Origin: a virus
Taxonomy: Duplodnaviria; Caudoviricetes
Virus record (IMG/VR): IMGVR_UViG_3300030330_000091
Coordinates: 1 to 35,373 of that record
DNA: 35,373 bases
Reading direction: 5' to 3' (one strand)
The notes beneath the pieces are model-generated. The model did no database searches and was not told the origin of the DNA. It worked only from the letters and a program-made list of their open reading frames with translations. The stretch's first letter is position 1. Each line of letters begins with the position of its first letter. This document shows positions 17,436 through 26,546 of this stretch, piece by piece. The translations under genes were made by a program, and so were the position numbers.

Positions 17436-20400
17436 TGGCAAAGATAAAAATAAATTTACCTAATGAAAGCTTTAATTTTGAGATTGAAGGTAATGAGCCT
17501 ACCGAAGAAGAACAGGCTGCTATCAATCAAATAGTGCAACAGAAACTTGCTGAATCAAAAAAAGCTGAAGAAGTAGCAGCACAAACAACTGAACCATCAC
17601 CAGAAAAAAACAAACAATTGTTCGATGTCGAGACAGGAATTAAAAACAATGCACTGAGAGCCGCACTCGGAGTAGCTGAAACAAAAGAAGAAGAAGAGGC
17701 TATATTAAGAAAGTTTGATCTATCAGATGATGATTTTACAAGAGACAACAGAGGTAGATTAGCTCTAACTCCAACTGGAGCTTCAAAGTTTGGACAAGAG
17801 ACAGATAAAAACATACTCATAGATGAAGAGGGATTTAGTCGTTACGATTTCTCAGATTTATCTGGCATAGCACCAGAACTAATAACTGGTATAGGTGGAG
17901 CAATAGCAGGTCAACTGTTGATACCAATACCTGTTCTTGGTGCAGCCATTGGTGCTGGAGTAGGAGCTGGTAGTGGACAAGCTATTGAAGAAGGTGTTGA
18001 AGCTCTAGCTGGTGTATCAAAACAATCAGGAGAAGAGATAGCTAAAGACATAGGTAGAGAATTTGCTTACGGATTTGTAGGTGAGGGTTTGCTTGGTGGA
18101 GCAGTAGCTGCCTTTAGATTTGCAAGAAGAGGAGTAACACCTGGCAAAGGACTAACCTCTAAAGAAGCAACCACAGCAGGACAATCTATATCAGAGCCGA
18201 TTGATGAAGCTGGTAATATAATTAAGCCAAAAGATTTTGCAAAATTATCTGCTGATGAACAAATAGCTGCCACAAGTCGTGTTGTGACAAAGCCAGACGG
18301 AACAGTTGTTCGTGGTGGATTTGGTGTAAGACCAACTCTATCAGCAATAAAAGCACCATCACTCGTAGCTAGAATACAAGCGATTGGTGAAAAAATATTT
18401 AAAACATCTGATCGATTGAAAAACAACAATGATCAAATTAAAACATTACTTGATGCTTATAAACAAAAGTATGGTGTTACAGATGACGTTATTGATGCAG
18501 ATGTAGGACAAATACTCAAAGATGGCATGGTTGAAAATAATACTAAACTTTTAAATGTAGAAGAGCAGTTAACAGGTGCAGTTGTTAAACATTTAGAAGA
18601 TTCTGTAAATGCTTTTAAACAAGCTGGAGTTAGAAATTCAAATGTTGAGAGTGATTTATTTGAAATTATTAGAGACGCATCTATCAATTTTGATGAAATG
18701 ATTTCAGGTAAATTTGCTGCAGTTGATAAAGTGTTAAGAAATTCAAGTTTAGGTGGTGATGCTTTTATAACTACTGGTAGATTTAAAGACACAATTAAAA
18801 GACTTAAAAGAGACTATGGATCTTCAATAGCCGCTGGCACAAAGGACGGAAAAAGTATATCACAAATTATCGCAGCCGTTGAAAATGTTGGAGGAGCAGC
18901 GTTCAACAAAAAAGCCTCTTTCAATCAGATATACAATTTAAGAAAAACATTAAGTGATATAAGAATGGAATTACCACCTACTTCAAAAACAGTTCGTGGA
19001 GAACTTGTTACAAAAGATGGTGATGGATTACTTGATCAAGTTGACAAAATTTTTAAAGAAATGGGTGATGAAAATAGTGCAACATTTAGAGAAATAATAG
19101 CAAGAGAATCATTATCTCCTGCTGACGCTCAGAAATTTAAAAATGCTGGAAAAGCAATTAAAAAAGCACAAACAAAATTTTTCTTAGGACGAAAACTTAT
19201 TGAAGATTTAAATGCTTCAAAAACAATTAAAAATTTAGAAAAATATAAAAGACAGCCTGGCGACATTGTTGATGAAATACCACAAAATATTGATATTTAT
19301 GAGAATGTCGTAAAAAATAATAATCCTGAATTTATTCAACAAGCTAGAAAATTTATTACAGAATATGGTGGTGGAGCGCAATTGGCTGACGAATTTGTTG
19401 CACGAGCTGCTAATCATACTTTAGAGGAATCTCTTAAAAAATCTGGAATAAGTAATTTTACAAATGTTAAAAACTTTAATTCTGAAAAATTTGCACAATC
19501 AATTAAAAATTTAGGAACGACTGCTAAAGAATTGTTCGGAGCAGAAACAGATCAGATACTTAAATTAGCAGATGAAATAGGATCTGTTAAAATTACAGGT
19601 TTGGAATCTCCACAAGTTCTTAGACAGTTTAGAAACATTAAAGGTGACACAACATCTAATGCCACACTTGTTAGAAAGTTAGAAGCATTAGCCACCACAC
19701 AAAAAAGATTAGCCGCTAATCAAAAAAATGTAGTTCTTAGAAAGTTAGCTGATGATACTGGTGATTTAGATCCAGTTGAGGCAGCTCGTTTTCTTGTGCA
19801 AAAAACAACTAAAAACTCACAGATAAAGCCAGTAATAGAATATTTTGTGAAACAAGGTCAAAATGGCGAGCAAGCCTTAAACAAAATAAGAAGCTATTAC
19901 ATTAACAGTATTATAGATGATTTTGGTGAATCTATAATGACTGATGGAAAATCTCTAAATGCTTTTGCCGACAGACTACTAGCAGCTTCCAAAGACAATA
20001 AATTAGTTACAGTTTTTGGCAAAGAAGTCGGTAACAATATGAAAAAATTTGGTCAGATACTTAAATTTAATGCAAGAACTGCTGAAGGTGGTGATCTTGT
20101 TGCCGCTAATATAGCTGCTTCTCCATTCCAAAACGTAGGTAAACTTGTGAAGTTTAGTATTTTAGGTAACAGGCTTTTATCTAACGGATATTATGATGAC
20201 ATACTAAAACAATATAATGGTGTTGTTTTAGATCAATTTAAAAAACCTGCTGAGAGAGCAAGAGAAACAGGATCTATTATAGGTAAAGCTCTTAGCATTG
20301 GAATAGGACAAACAATGCAAGAAACTATTGATACGGCAGAGAGTCAAGCTCAATCATTTCTTGAGAGTCAAGGTTTAAATGTTAAGTTGCCAGACATAAA

Positions 20401-20605
20401 GGCTGAAGATTTAAAGACTGGCAATCTATCTACATTCTTACAACCAACTAGACCTAATGTACCTTTGAGTCAGTTAAAAATACCAGAACCAGTATCTGGT
20501 ACGACATTAGGAAACATAGATGTTACGAATCCAGCTAATGCTTTTTCATTAGGATTAAATCCTACTGACATTGCCATAGCACAGAGAAGAAGAGGTACAC
20601 AATGA
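17435..20605 (+). CDS. large internal virion (ejectosome) protein
   Basis: 1056 aa; Gly-rich hydrophobic segment near residues 145-225; helical; last structural gene. Confidence 0.6.
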   Translation: MAKIKINLPNESFNFEIEGNEPTEEEQAAINQIVQQKLAESKKAEEVAAQTTEPSPEKNKQLFDVETGIKNNALRAALGVAETKEEEEAILRKFDLSDDDFTRDNRGRLALTPTGASKFGQETDKNILIDEEGFSRYDFSDLSGIAPELITGIGGAIAGQLLIPIPVLGAAIGAGVGAGSGQAIEEGVEALAGVSKQSGEEIAKDIGREFAYGFVGEGLLGGAVAAFRFARRGVTPGKGLTSKEATTAGQSISEPIDEAGNIIKPKDFAKLSADEQIAATSRVVTKPDGTVVRGGFGVRPTLSAIKAPSLVARIQAIGEKIFKTSDRLKNNNDQIKTLLDAYKQKYGVTDDVIDADVGQILKDGMVENNTKLLNVEEQLTGAVVKHLEDSVNAFKQAGVRNSNVESDLFEIIRDASINFDEMISGKFAAVDKVLRNSSLGGDAFITTGRFKDTIKRLKRDYGSSIAAGTKDGKSISQIIAAVENVGGAAFNKKASFNQIYNLRKTLSDIRMELPPTSKTVRGELVTKDGDGLLDQVDKIFKEMGDENSATFREIIARESLSPADAQKFKNAGKAIKKAQTKFFLGRKLIEDLNASKTIKNLEKYKRQPGDIVDEIPQNIDIYENVVKNNNPEFIQQARKFITEYGGGAQLADEFVARAANHTLEESLKKSGISNFTNVKNFNSEKFAQSIKNLGTTAKELFGAETDQILKLADEIGSVKITGLESPQVLRQFRNIKGDTTSNATLVRKLEALATTQKRLAANQKNVVLRKLADDTGDLDPVEAARFLVQKTTKNSQIKPVIEYFVKQGQNGEQALNKIRSYYINSIIDDFGESIMTDGKSLNAFADRLLAASKDNKLVTVFGKEVGNNMKKFGQILKFNARTAEGGDLVAANIAASPFQNVGKLVKFSILGNRLLSNGYYDDILKQYNGVVLDQFKKPAERARETGSIIGKALSIGIGQTMQETIDTAESQAQSFLESQGLNVKLPDIKAEDLKTGNLSTFLQPTRPNVPLSQLKIPEPVSGTTLGNIDVTNPANAFSLGLNPTDIAIAQRRRGTQ

Positions 20606-21051
20606 ACATAGAACAATTAAGAGAAACTCTCAAAATTGACGAGGGAAATGTGAAATCCGTGTACCTTGATCATTTAAATCTGGCTACAGTGGGCATAGGA
20701 CATTTGATTACTGAATGGGATGAAGAGTATGGTAAGCCAGTTGGCACACCAGTATCAGAAGAGCGAGTAAACGAATTATTTGACAAAGACATCCAGATTA
20801 CGATTGACGAGTGCGAACAATTATTCGGTAACTTTCAAGATTTGCCAGAAGAAGTACAGCAAATTCTGGCGAACATGATGTTTAATCTCGGCAGACCTCG
20901 TCTATCCAAATTCAGGAAGCTATGTAAAGCTGTGGCTGAAAGAAACTGGAAAGAATGTGCAATTCAAATGGAAGACTCGAAATGGCACAAGCAAGTAACC
21001 AAACGCGCTGATCGTCTAATCTCTCGTATGAATGCTGTTGATAGCACCTAA
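20602..21051 (+). CDS. endolysin, T4-like lysozyme (GH24)
   Basis: DEG...YLDHLNLATVGIGHL with E-D-T catalytic pattern; NMMFNLG and SKWHKQV..RA motifs. Confidence 0.9.
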   Translation: MNIEQLRETLKIDEGNVKSVYLDHLNLATVGIGHLITEWDEEYGKPVGTPVSEERVNELFDKDIQITIDECEQLFGNFQDLPEEVQQILANMMFNLGRPRLSKFRKLCKAVAERNWKECAIQMEDSKWHKQVTKRADRLISRMNAVDST

Positions 21052-21228
21052 TCCTAAACTGGTAACTTTACTTTTGTATTTACTATATTCTTCTTTATCA
21101 AACTCTTGATCAATCATTAAACTTAATTGTTGTCTAATGTATCGTCTTTGATGCTCACATATCTTAATTAATTTATCATAACTTTTACGATCTAAGCCAA
21201 CAGACTTGAATTTTGAAATATCTGTCAT
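21016..21228 (-). CDS. small DNA-binding regulator (ribbon-helix-helix-like)
   Basis: Only convincing minus-strand gene; GGAGGT RBS at 21240-21235; 70 aa MTDISKFKSVGLDRKSYDKLIKIC...IRQQLSLMID with strand-helix-helix pattern. Confidence 0.6.
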   Translation of the reverse strand: MTDISKFKSVGLDRKSYDKLIKICEHQRRYIRQQLSLMIDQEFDKEEYSKYKSKVTSLGLGAINSIHTRD

Positions 21229-21234
21229 TATACT
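21206..21234 (+). promoter_or_regulatory. putative sigma70 promoter for DUF1064 gene (leaderless)
   Basis: TTGAAT (21206-11)-N17-TATACT (21229-34); ATG 21241 is 7 nt downstream and has no SD. Confidence 0.55.
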
Positions 21235-21240
21235 ACCTCC

Positions 21241-21618
21241 ATGACCCATACATACCCATTTATACCCAAAAAGAATAGAACAAGCAACAATAAGTATTTT
21301 GCAAAAAAAACAATTGCTATGGGATTAAAGTTTGATTCTAGGTGGGAAGCAGAGAGATGGGGACAACTAAAAGCTATGGAAAGAGCTGGTGTCATTACAG
21401 AGTTAGAACGTCAAATAAAATATGAATTGTCTGTAAATGATGTAAAGATTTGCGATTACATAGCTGATTTTAGATACTTACAACAAGAAGAAGATGGCTT
21501 TTCAAGATTAGTTGTAGAGGATGCAAAAGGTGTGCTGACACCTGAGTTTAAGCTAAAAAAGAAGATGATGAAAGCCATACATAATATAGACATTCATCTA
21601 TCATACAAAAAAAAATGA
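21241..21618 (+). CDS. DUF1064 family PD-(D/E)XK endonuclease
   Basis: NKY.AKK...FDSRWEAERW...LERQ...YIADFRY...VVEDAKG motifs. Confidence 0.85.
   Translation: MTHTYPFIPKKNRTSNNKYFAKKTIAMGLKFDSRWEAERWGQLKAMERAGVITELERQIKYELSVNDVKICDYIADFRYLQQEEDGFSRLVVEDAKGVLTPEFKLKKKMMKAIHNIDIHLSYKKK
21259..21287 (-). promoter_or_regulatory. putative promoter of the regulator gene
   Basis: Minus strand TTGCTT (21287-82)-N17-TATAAA (21264-59). Confidence 0.4.
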
Positions 21619-21629
21619 TAGTTTAAGTA

Positions 21630-21657
21630 TTGACATTGTTGTAATCATCGCTATATT
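21630..21657 (+). promoter_or_regulatory. sigma70-like promoter of replication operon
   Basis: TTGACA (21630-35)-N16-TATATT (21652-57) in the intergenic gap. Confidence 0.55.
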
Positions 21658-21697
21658 TAACCTTGCAAGTAGAAATTTTAACGAAAGTGAGGTTAGT

Positions 21698-22132
21698 ATG
21701 GAACAGAATTTCTATGACATGAGTGATCACGAACTTTTACAGGCAAAGATGTCTATAAAACGTGAGATTGATCGATATAAAAAGAAAATGGAAGAGCTTA
21801 ACGGCTATCTTACCGATAGATACTTTAGTATTGCTCGTGAAGATTTGCAAAGACAAGGCAAAGATTTCGGTACGACTACTGTGTTTTCTGATCAAGAAGA
21901 TAAAGTTAAGGTCTCCATAGCAAAAAAAGTAACATGGGATCAACAAGCATTAAGAGATGCTTTCGATAGTATGAATGCTGATGATGCAAGACACTATGCA
22001 AAAGTCACATACTCTGTTGACGAGAGGAAATATACAAATGCTCCTCCAGCTATAGTAGAAATGCTTCAACCAGCTAGAACTGTCGAGCAAGGTACTATTA
22101 ATGTTGATCTTGTACAACAAGAGGAGGCTTAA
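21698..22132 (+). CDS. conserved phage replication-module protein
   Basis: 144 aa, GAGGT RBS; KDFGT, KKVTWDQ and PARTV motifs recalled from genes upstream of phage AAA_24 genes. Confidence 0.65.
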   Translation: MEQNFYDMSDHELLQAKMSIKREIDRYKKKMEELNGYLTDRYFSIAREDLQRQGKDFGTTTVFSDQEDKVKVSIAKKVTWDQQALRDAFDSMNADDARHYAKVTYSVDERKYTNAPPAIVEMLQPARTVEQGTINVDLVQQEEA

Positions 22133-22999
22133 TTGGCTTTACAAATAATCACTGCCGAACAACGTATGGCAGAAAAGAGAGGTCATAAGATGGTTATCTG
22201 TGGTCAAAGTGGTGTGGGCAAGACAACTCTTGCCCGAACCCTTGATCCTGATAAAACATTGTTCATTGACCTTGAGGCAGGTGACACTGCTATTAAGGAT
22301 TTTCCCATTGATGTAATTAGACCAAATACATGGCAAGAATGTCGTGATTTTGTTTGTTACATTGGTGGTGTTAATCCGTCACTGTCAAGAGAGCCTTATG
22401 ATCATATTCATTATGAAAGAGTCATGCAGGAACATGGTGATGAATTTCACAAAAAACTTGTCAAGTATGATACTATTTTTGTTGATAGTATCACAGTTGC
22501 AGGACGTTTGTGTTTTCAATACTGTATGTCACATCCCGATAATATTATAGAGAGATCAGGTAAAGTAGATACTCGTTCTGCCTATGGTATGCACGGAAGG
22601 GAGATGATGGCATGGCTTACTCATTTACAACATATTAGGGACAAGAATGTTATTTTAGTTGGCATACTTGACTCTAAGGTAGATGACTATGGTCGAACTA
22701 ACTATGAGTTACAAATCGAGGGTTCTAAAACTGCACGAGAACTGCCTGGCATTGTTGATGAAGTTATCACAATGACAGTTATGGGTGGTGGAGATGGTGT
22801 GCAACCATATAGAGCTTTTGTTTGTCAAACTCTTAACGAGTGGGGATACCCAGCTAAAGATAGATCAGGAAAGCTTGATGTTGTTGAAGAACCACATCTT
22901 GGTAAACTTATAAGTAAGCTTAACGGATCTGCACAGAAAAAGGATTTAACATTTGTTGATCCACAATCACAACCAACAGAGAGAGGAGAAGTCCAGTGA
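22133..22999 (+). CDS. AAA_24 family (Sak4-like) ATPase
   Basis: TTG start with GGAGG RBS; Walker A GQSGVGKT, DLEAG, Walker B IFVDSIT, AKDRSG. Confidence 0.85.
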   Translation: MALQIITAEQRMAEKRGHKMVICGQSGVGKTTLARTLDPDKTLFIDLEAGDTAIKDFPIDVIRPNTWQECRDFVCYIGGVNPSLSREPYDHIHYERVMQEHGDEFHKKLVKYDTIFVDSITVAGRLCFQYCMSHPDNIIERSGKVDTRSAYGMHGREMMAWLTHLQHIRDKNVILVGILDSKVDDYGRTNYELQIEGSKTARELPGIVDEVITMTVMGGGDGVQPYRAFVCQTLNEWGYPAKDRSGKLDVVEEPHLGKLISKLNGSAQKKDLTFVDPQSQPTERGEVQ

Positions 23000-23589
23000 T
23001 TGATTTAAATAATATTGAAAGTGGGGGTGGATCTGATTTTGATCTTATCCCTGATGGCACTATTGCAAGAGCGATTATTACCATTCAACCTAACCCTTTA
23101 ACTATACCTGAGTTTAGTAATACTCCTTTATTTAGGGCATCACAAACCACATCAGCTAAGTGGCTTGAAGTTGAGTACACCATTATTGGTGGTCAATTTG
23201 ATAAACGTAAGTTTTGGAGCAAGCACTTTTTTGATGGTGATGCTAAAGATGATAATGGTGTATCTAAGTCTAAGAAGATTGGATTGCAGTGGTTAAAATC
23301 AGTTGTTGAAAGTCATAATAATGTTTCAGCAATGGATGCTTCACCTGAAGCTCAAGCAGTTAGGCAAATAGATATGCAAAAAGGTGGAATTGCATCTATA
23401 AATGGCATGAACGTATGTGTTAAGATTAAAATTGAAAAAGGCACTAATGGTTATGCTGATCAAAATAGATGTGCAGTTGTAATGACACAAGGTATGGAAG
23501 GTTATATACCAAGTGGATCTGCACCAACTAACACACCATCACCTGCACCTACCAATAATGGTAATGCAGTGCCTGATTGGGCTAGGTAA
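22996..23589 (+). CDS. putative single-stranded DNA-binding protein (DUF669-like)
   Basis: GTG start, AGGAG RBS; FDLIPDGT, GQFDKRKFW, Pro-rich tail ending PDWAR; follows AAA_24. Confidence 0.65.
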   Translation: MIDLNNIESGGGSDFDLIPDGTIARAIITIQPNPLTIPEFSNTPLFRASQTTSAKWLEVEYTIIGGQFDKRKFWSKHFFDGDAKDDNGVSKSKKIGLQWLKSVVESHNNVSAMDASPEAQAVRQIDMQKGGIASINGMNVCVKIKIEKGTNGYADQNRCAVVMTQGMEGYIPSGSAPTNTPSPAPTNNGNAVPDWAR

Positions 23590-23591
23590 TG

Positions 23592-23676
23592 ATGGTAGGC
23601 ATAGCAAGGGCTAACTGACCTTAGTCTACTTGCAAGTCGCTTGGGTAGTGCGATGCCCTAAAACTACCCACCATTT
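23592..23676 (+). ncRNA. candidate structured RNA (two hairpins plus pseudoknot)
   Basis: Stem GCAAG-GGCTAA/TTAGTC-TA-CTTGC (23604-33); stem TGGGTAGT/ACTACCCA (23642-70); its loop GCGATGCC pairs 7/8 with GGCATAGC (23598-605); closing ATGGT/ACCAT. Confidence 0.45.
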
Positions 23677-23694
23677 ATAGCCAATGAGGATCTT

Positions 23695-23982
23695 ATGAAA
23701 ACGTATGAACAAGCAAAGCAAGAATATGATGAACAGATTTCAAAAGCTTTGGCTCGCATTGATAAAATAAAAAAAACAAAAACTTTTGATTTTGAATGTC
23801 CTCAATGTAAAAAAGTTAAAAAAATTTTAGTGATTAGAATGAAGCAAGGCAGACAAGGTTTAAAATATTGTCATGCAAATTGCAGACAAGCCGCTCAAAG
23901 ACAAAGGGATAAACAAAAGTTTATTGATGAAATTAACATTTTAAAAAAAAGAATTATAGAATTAGAAAATGAGAAAAATTAA
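23695..23982 (+). CDS. hypothetical Zn-finger/coiled-coil protein
   Basis: 95 aa, GAGGA RBS, CPQC...YCHANC. Confidence 0.6.
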   Translation: MKTYEQAKQEYDEQISKALARIDKIKKTKTFDFECPQCKKVKKILVIRMKQGRQGLKYCHANCRQAAQRQRDKQKFIDEINILKKRIIELENEKN

Positions 23983-24139
23983 ATATTTTGTTGATATGCG
24001 ACCACATAATTTAGGTAAGTCATTACATTGTCAAATATGTAATGCCATTGTTTTTCCACTTACGTCTGATGGCAAAAAGATCGTTAATGAATGTAAATGT
24101 ACAAAACAACAGTTAAAAGCTAGGAAAATTTACAAATGA
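23969..24139 (+). CDS. small Zn-ribbon protein
   Basis: Not in ORF track; 56 aa with CQIC...CKC; fills the gap and has ATGA overlap with the helicase. Confidence 0.5.
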   Translation: MRKIKYFVDMRPHNLGKSLHCQICNAIVFPLTSDGKKIVNECKCTKQQLKARKIYK

Positions 24140-25818
24140 TTCTTAGACCATATCAAGAAATAGCAGTACAAGATGCTTCTAATGCTTTGGACAAGCATAA
24201 GAATACTATTGTTGTTGCACCAACGGGAGCAGGTAAAACAATTATGCTATCTGCATTGATTGGCAAACGATACCAAAAAGGTAAAAAGATTTTAGTTCTA
24301 CAACATCGGGATGAACTTGTAGGACAGAACAAAAACAAATTTTCTCGTGTTAATCCAAAAATATCTACATCTATCGTAGATGCTTCAGAAAAAAATTGGG
24401 ATGGTAGCACAGTATTTAGTATGGTGCAGACACTATCGAGACCGAACAATTTGGCTAATATGTCTAAAGTAGACATGATGGTGATAGACGAAAGTCACCA
24501 TGCCATAGCCGATACATACATGAGAATTATCAACAAGGTTAAAGAAGCTAATGAATCTGTAGAGATTGTTGGCTTTACTGCAACACCTAATCGTGGAGAC
24601 AGAAAAGGTTTAAAAGGTGTGTTCAATAATTGCTCACATCAGATCGAAATAGCTAACCTTATACGAGAGGGTTTTCTTGTGCCACCAAAAACATTCGTGA
24701 TTGATGTCGGGGTACAAAAAGATTTACAAAATGTTCGTAAAACTGTGTCAGATTTTGACATGGGACAAGTCGAGCAGATTATGAACAAACGTGCTATCAA
24801 CGAGAAGATTGTTGAGGAGTGGCAGGAGAAAGCAGGAAACAGAAAGACAGTTATATTTTGTAGCACAGTGGTTCATGCACAAGATCTATGTGATGAGTTT
24901 AGAAGATCGGAGATTCGTGCAGAGATTGTGACAGGTGAGACACCATCGGAAGAAAGAAAAAAAATACTACATGATCTGGAACATGGTGACGTACAAGTCG
25001 TGGTTAATGTTGCAGTATTGACAGAGGGTTTTGATGCACCACCTGTCAGTTGTATTGTGCTTACAAGACCATGCTCATACAAGTCTACAATGGTGCAGAT
25101 GATTGGTCGTGGACTACGAACAATAGATCCTGAAGAACATCCAAACGTAATCAAGAAAGATTGTATTGTATTAGATTTCGGTACGAGTGTATTGACACAT
25201 GGATCTTTGGATGAGGGTGTTGATCTTGATGGCAAAGATAAGATGCAACAAGGATCAGCTCCTGAGAAAGTATGTCCTAATTGTAAATGTCTTATACCAT
25301 TAAGTGTTCGTGTATGTCCTATGTGTGGACATGAGATTGAGATGCAAGCAAAAGAATTGCTTGAGACATTTGACATGACAGAGGTAGATCTTATCGACAG
25401 ATCACCATTTAGATGGATTGATTTGTTTAACAATGGCAGATGTATGTCAGCCAGTGGATTTAATGGTTTTGGTTTAGTTGCGCATTTAGATGACGTTTCT
25501 GTAGCCTTAGTTAAACGTACAAGGGGTAAACTTAGAGTTGTGGGTGTAGGCACTAAAGAACAAGCTTTGGCTTCTGCTGACGATTTTTTGAGGGAAATAG
25601 AAGATAGTGACGGAGCTAAGAAAGGTAAGAGATGGCTAAACCAAGCTATGACAGACAGACAAAGAGAAGCTTTAGCAAGAGAGAACAAGATTGTAAGTCA
25701 GTTGGATCTTAGTTTTAGCAAGTACAAAGCGGCGTGTTGGTTAAATTATTTGTGGAATAAGAAAGAAATTGATGGCAGAGTTTTAGATTATTACGAAGGA
25801 GATGAGAATGCAGCGTAG
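24136..25818 (+). CDS. SF2 DEAD/DEAH-box helicase with C-terminal Zn ribbon
   Basis: LRPYQ, APTGAGKT, DESHH, TATP, LTEGFD, QMIGRGLR; CPNC...CPMC. Confidence 0.92.
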   Translation: MILRPYQEIAVQDASNALDKHKNTIVVAPTGAGKTIMLSALIGKRYQKGKKILVLQHRDELVGQNKNKFSRVNPKISTSIVDASEKNWDGSTVFSMVQTLSRPNNLANMSKVDMMVIDESHHAIADTYMRIINKVKEANESVEIVGFTATPNRGDRKGLKGVFNNCSHQIEIANLIREGFLVPPKTFVIDVGVQKDLQNVRKTVSDFDMGQVEQIMNKRAINEKIVEEWQEKAGNRKTVIFCSTVVHAQDLCDEFRRSEIRAEIVTGETPSEERKKILHDLEHGDVQVVVNVAVLTEGFDAPPVSCIVLTRPCSYKSTMVQMIGRGLRTIDPEEHPNVIKKDCIVLDFGTSVLTHGSLDEGVDLDGKDKMQQGSAPEKVCPNCKCLIPLSVRVCPMCGHEIEMQAKELLETFDMTEVDLIDRSPFRWIDLFNNGRCMSASGFNGFGLVAHLDDVSVALVKRTRGKLRVVGVGTKEQALASADDFLREIEDSDGAKKGKRWLNQAMTDRQREALARENKIVSQLDLSFSKYKAACWLNYLWNKKEIDGRVLDYYEGDENAA

Positions 25819-26089
25819 TGAAGCTTTACAAAAAGCCGAACAATTAATCAACGGAGCTAGGGCTAGAACACACGGAGATGCAAAAGATACACATGAATCA
25901 ATAGCTAAGATTATGAACGTATTGTGGAGACACAAACTTAAAGCAGAACTTACTTATGATGACATATATAAATTTTGTATAGTGCAAAAGCTTGTTCGAG
26001 ACTCTCAGAACCCAAAGAATATGGACAATCCAATAGATGTAATAGGATACGGAGCTTTGTGGGCAGAGGGTAAAAGTGGCAAAAATTAA
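25808..26089 (+). CDS. DUF6378-like protein
   Basis: ATG 25808 with AAGGAG; RARTHGDA...KLVR...DNPIDVIGYGAL. Confidence 0.7.
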   Translation: MQRSEALQKAEQLINGARARTHGDAKDTHESIAKIMNVLWRHKLKAELTYDDIYKFCIVQKLVRDSQNPKNMDNPIDVIGYGALWAEGKSGKN

Positions 26090-26369
26090 CGTGGATTATC
26101 AACTCAACATGAGGTCTAAGAGTAATGTGCAGTATATTCGTGAGGGCAGTATAGTTGTGCCTGTTTTTTTAGAGGATAATAACGATCATGTCTTAGATCA
26201 CATTGATAAATTTATTACAGAAGCTATTGATGATACAGATGATGAGTTGTTAGGTGGTACAATAGTGGCTGAATTTTTAGGAATCAGTCATTATTTTGAT
26301 TTTATGGTAATGGAAGAAGGAGAAAAAAGATGGAACAACATGGTAACGGGGACAGACACAATACATTAA
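26076..26369 (+). CDS. hypothetical acidic protein
   Basis: 97 aa, GTG start overlapping the previous gene. Confidence 0.55.
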   Translation: MAKINVDYQLNMRSKSNVQYIREGSIVVPVFLEDNNDHVLDHIDKFITEAIDDTDDELLGGTIVAEFLGISHYFDFMVMEEGEKRWNNMVTGTDTIH

Positions 26370-26545
26370 AGATATTGTCCGAACAATTTGCAAAGATAGG
26401 CTGGGATAAAAAGTTACAGAATTTGACACAGGACGAAGCACTTGCCATAATTGATGCCATCAATTCAGCTAGTGGAGTCAATAGTGGCGTTCTCGACCTT
26501 AATCCAAACACAGACATATTCGATGAAGACGAGATCCCATTTTAA
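26330..26545 (+). CDS. small acidic protein (DUF6511-like)
   Basis: 71 aa, AAGGAG RBS; IGWDKKL and C-terminal DEDEIPF (SSB-tail-like). Confidence 0.6.
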   Translation: MEQHGNGDRHNTLKILSEQFAKIGWDKKLQNLTQDEALAIIDAINSASGVNSGVLDLNPNTDIFDEDEIPF

Positions 26546-26546
26546 A

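Noticed and set aside
22344-22550. Nested + strand ORF inside the AAA_24 gene
   Set aside because: Out-of-frame shadow with no clear RBS or motif
23592-23676. tRNA, hammerhead ribozyme or intrinsic terminator
   Set aside because: No TTCGA T-loop or cloverleaf, no CTGATGA/GAAA core, and no U-tract after the stems
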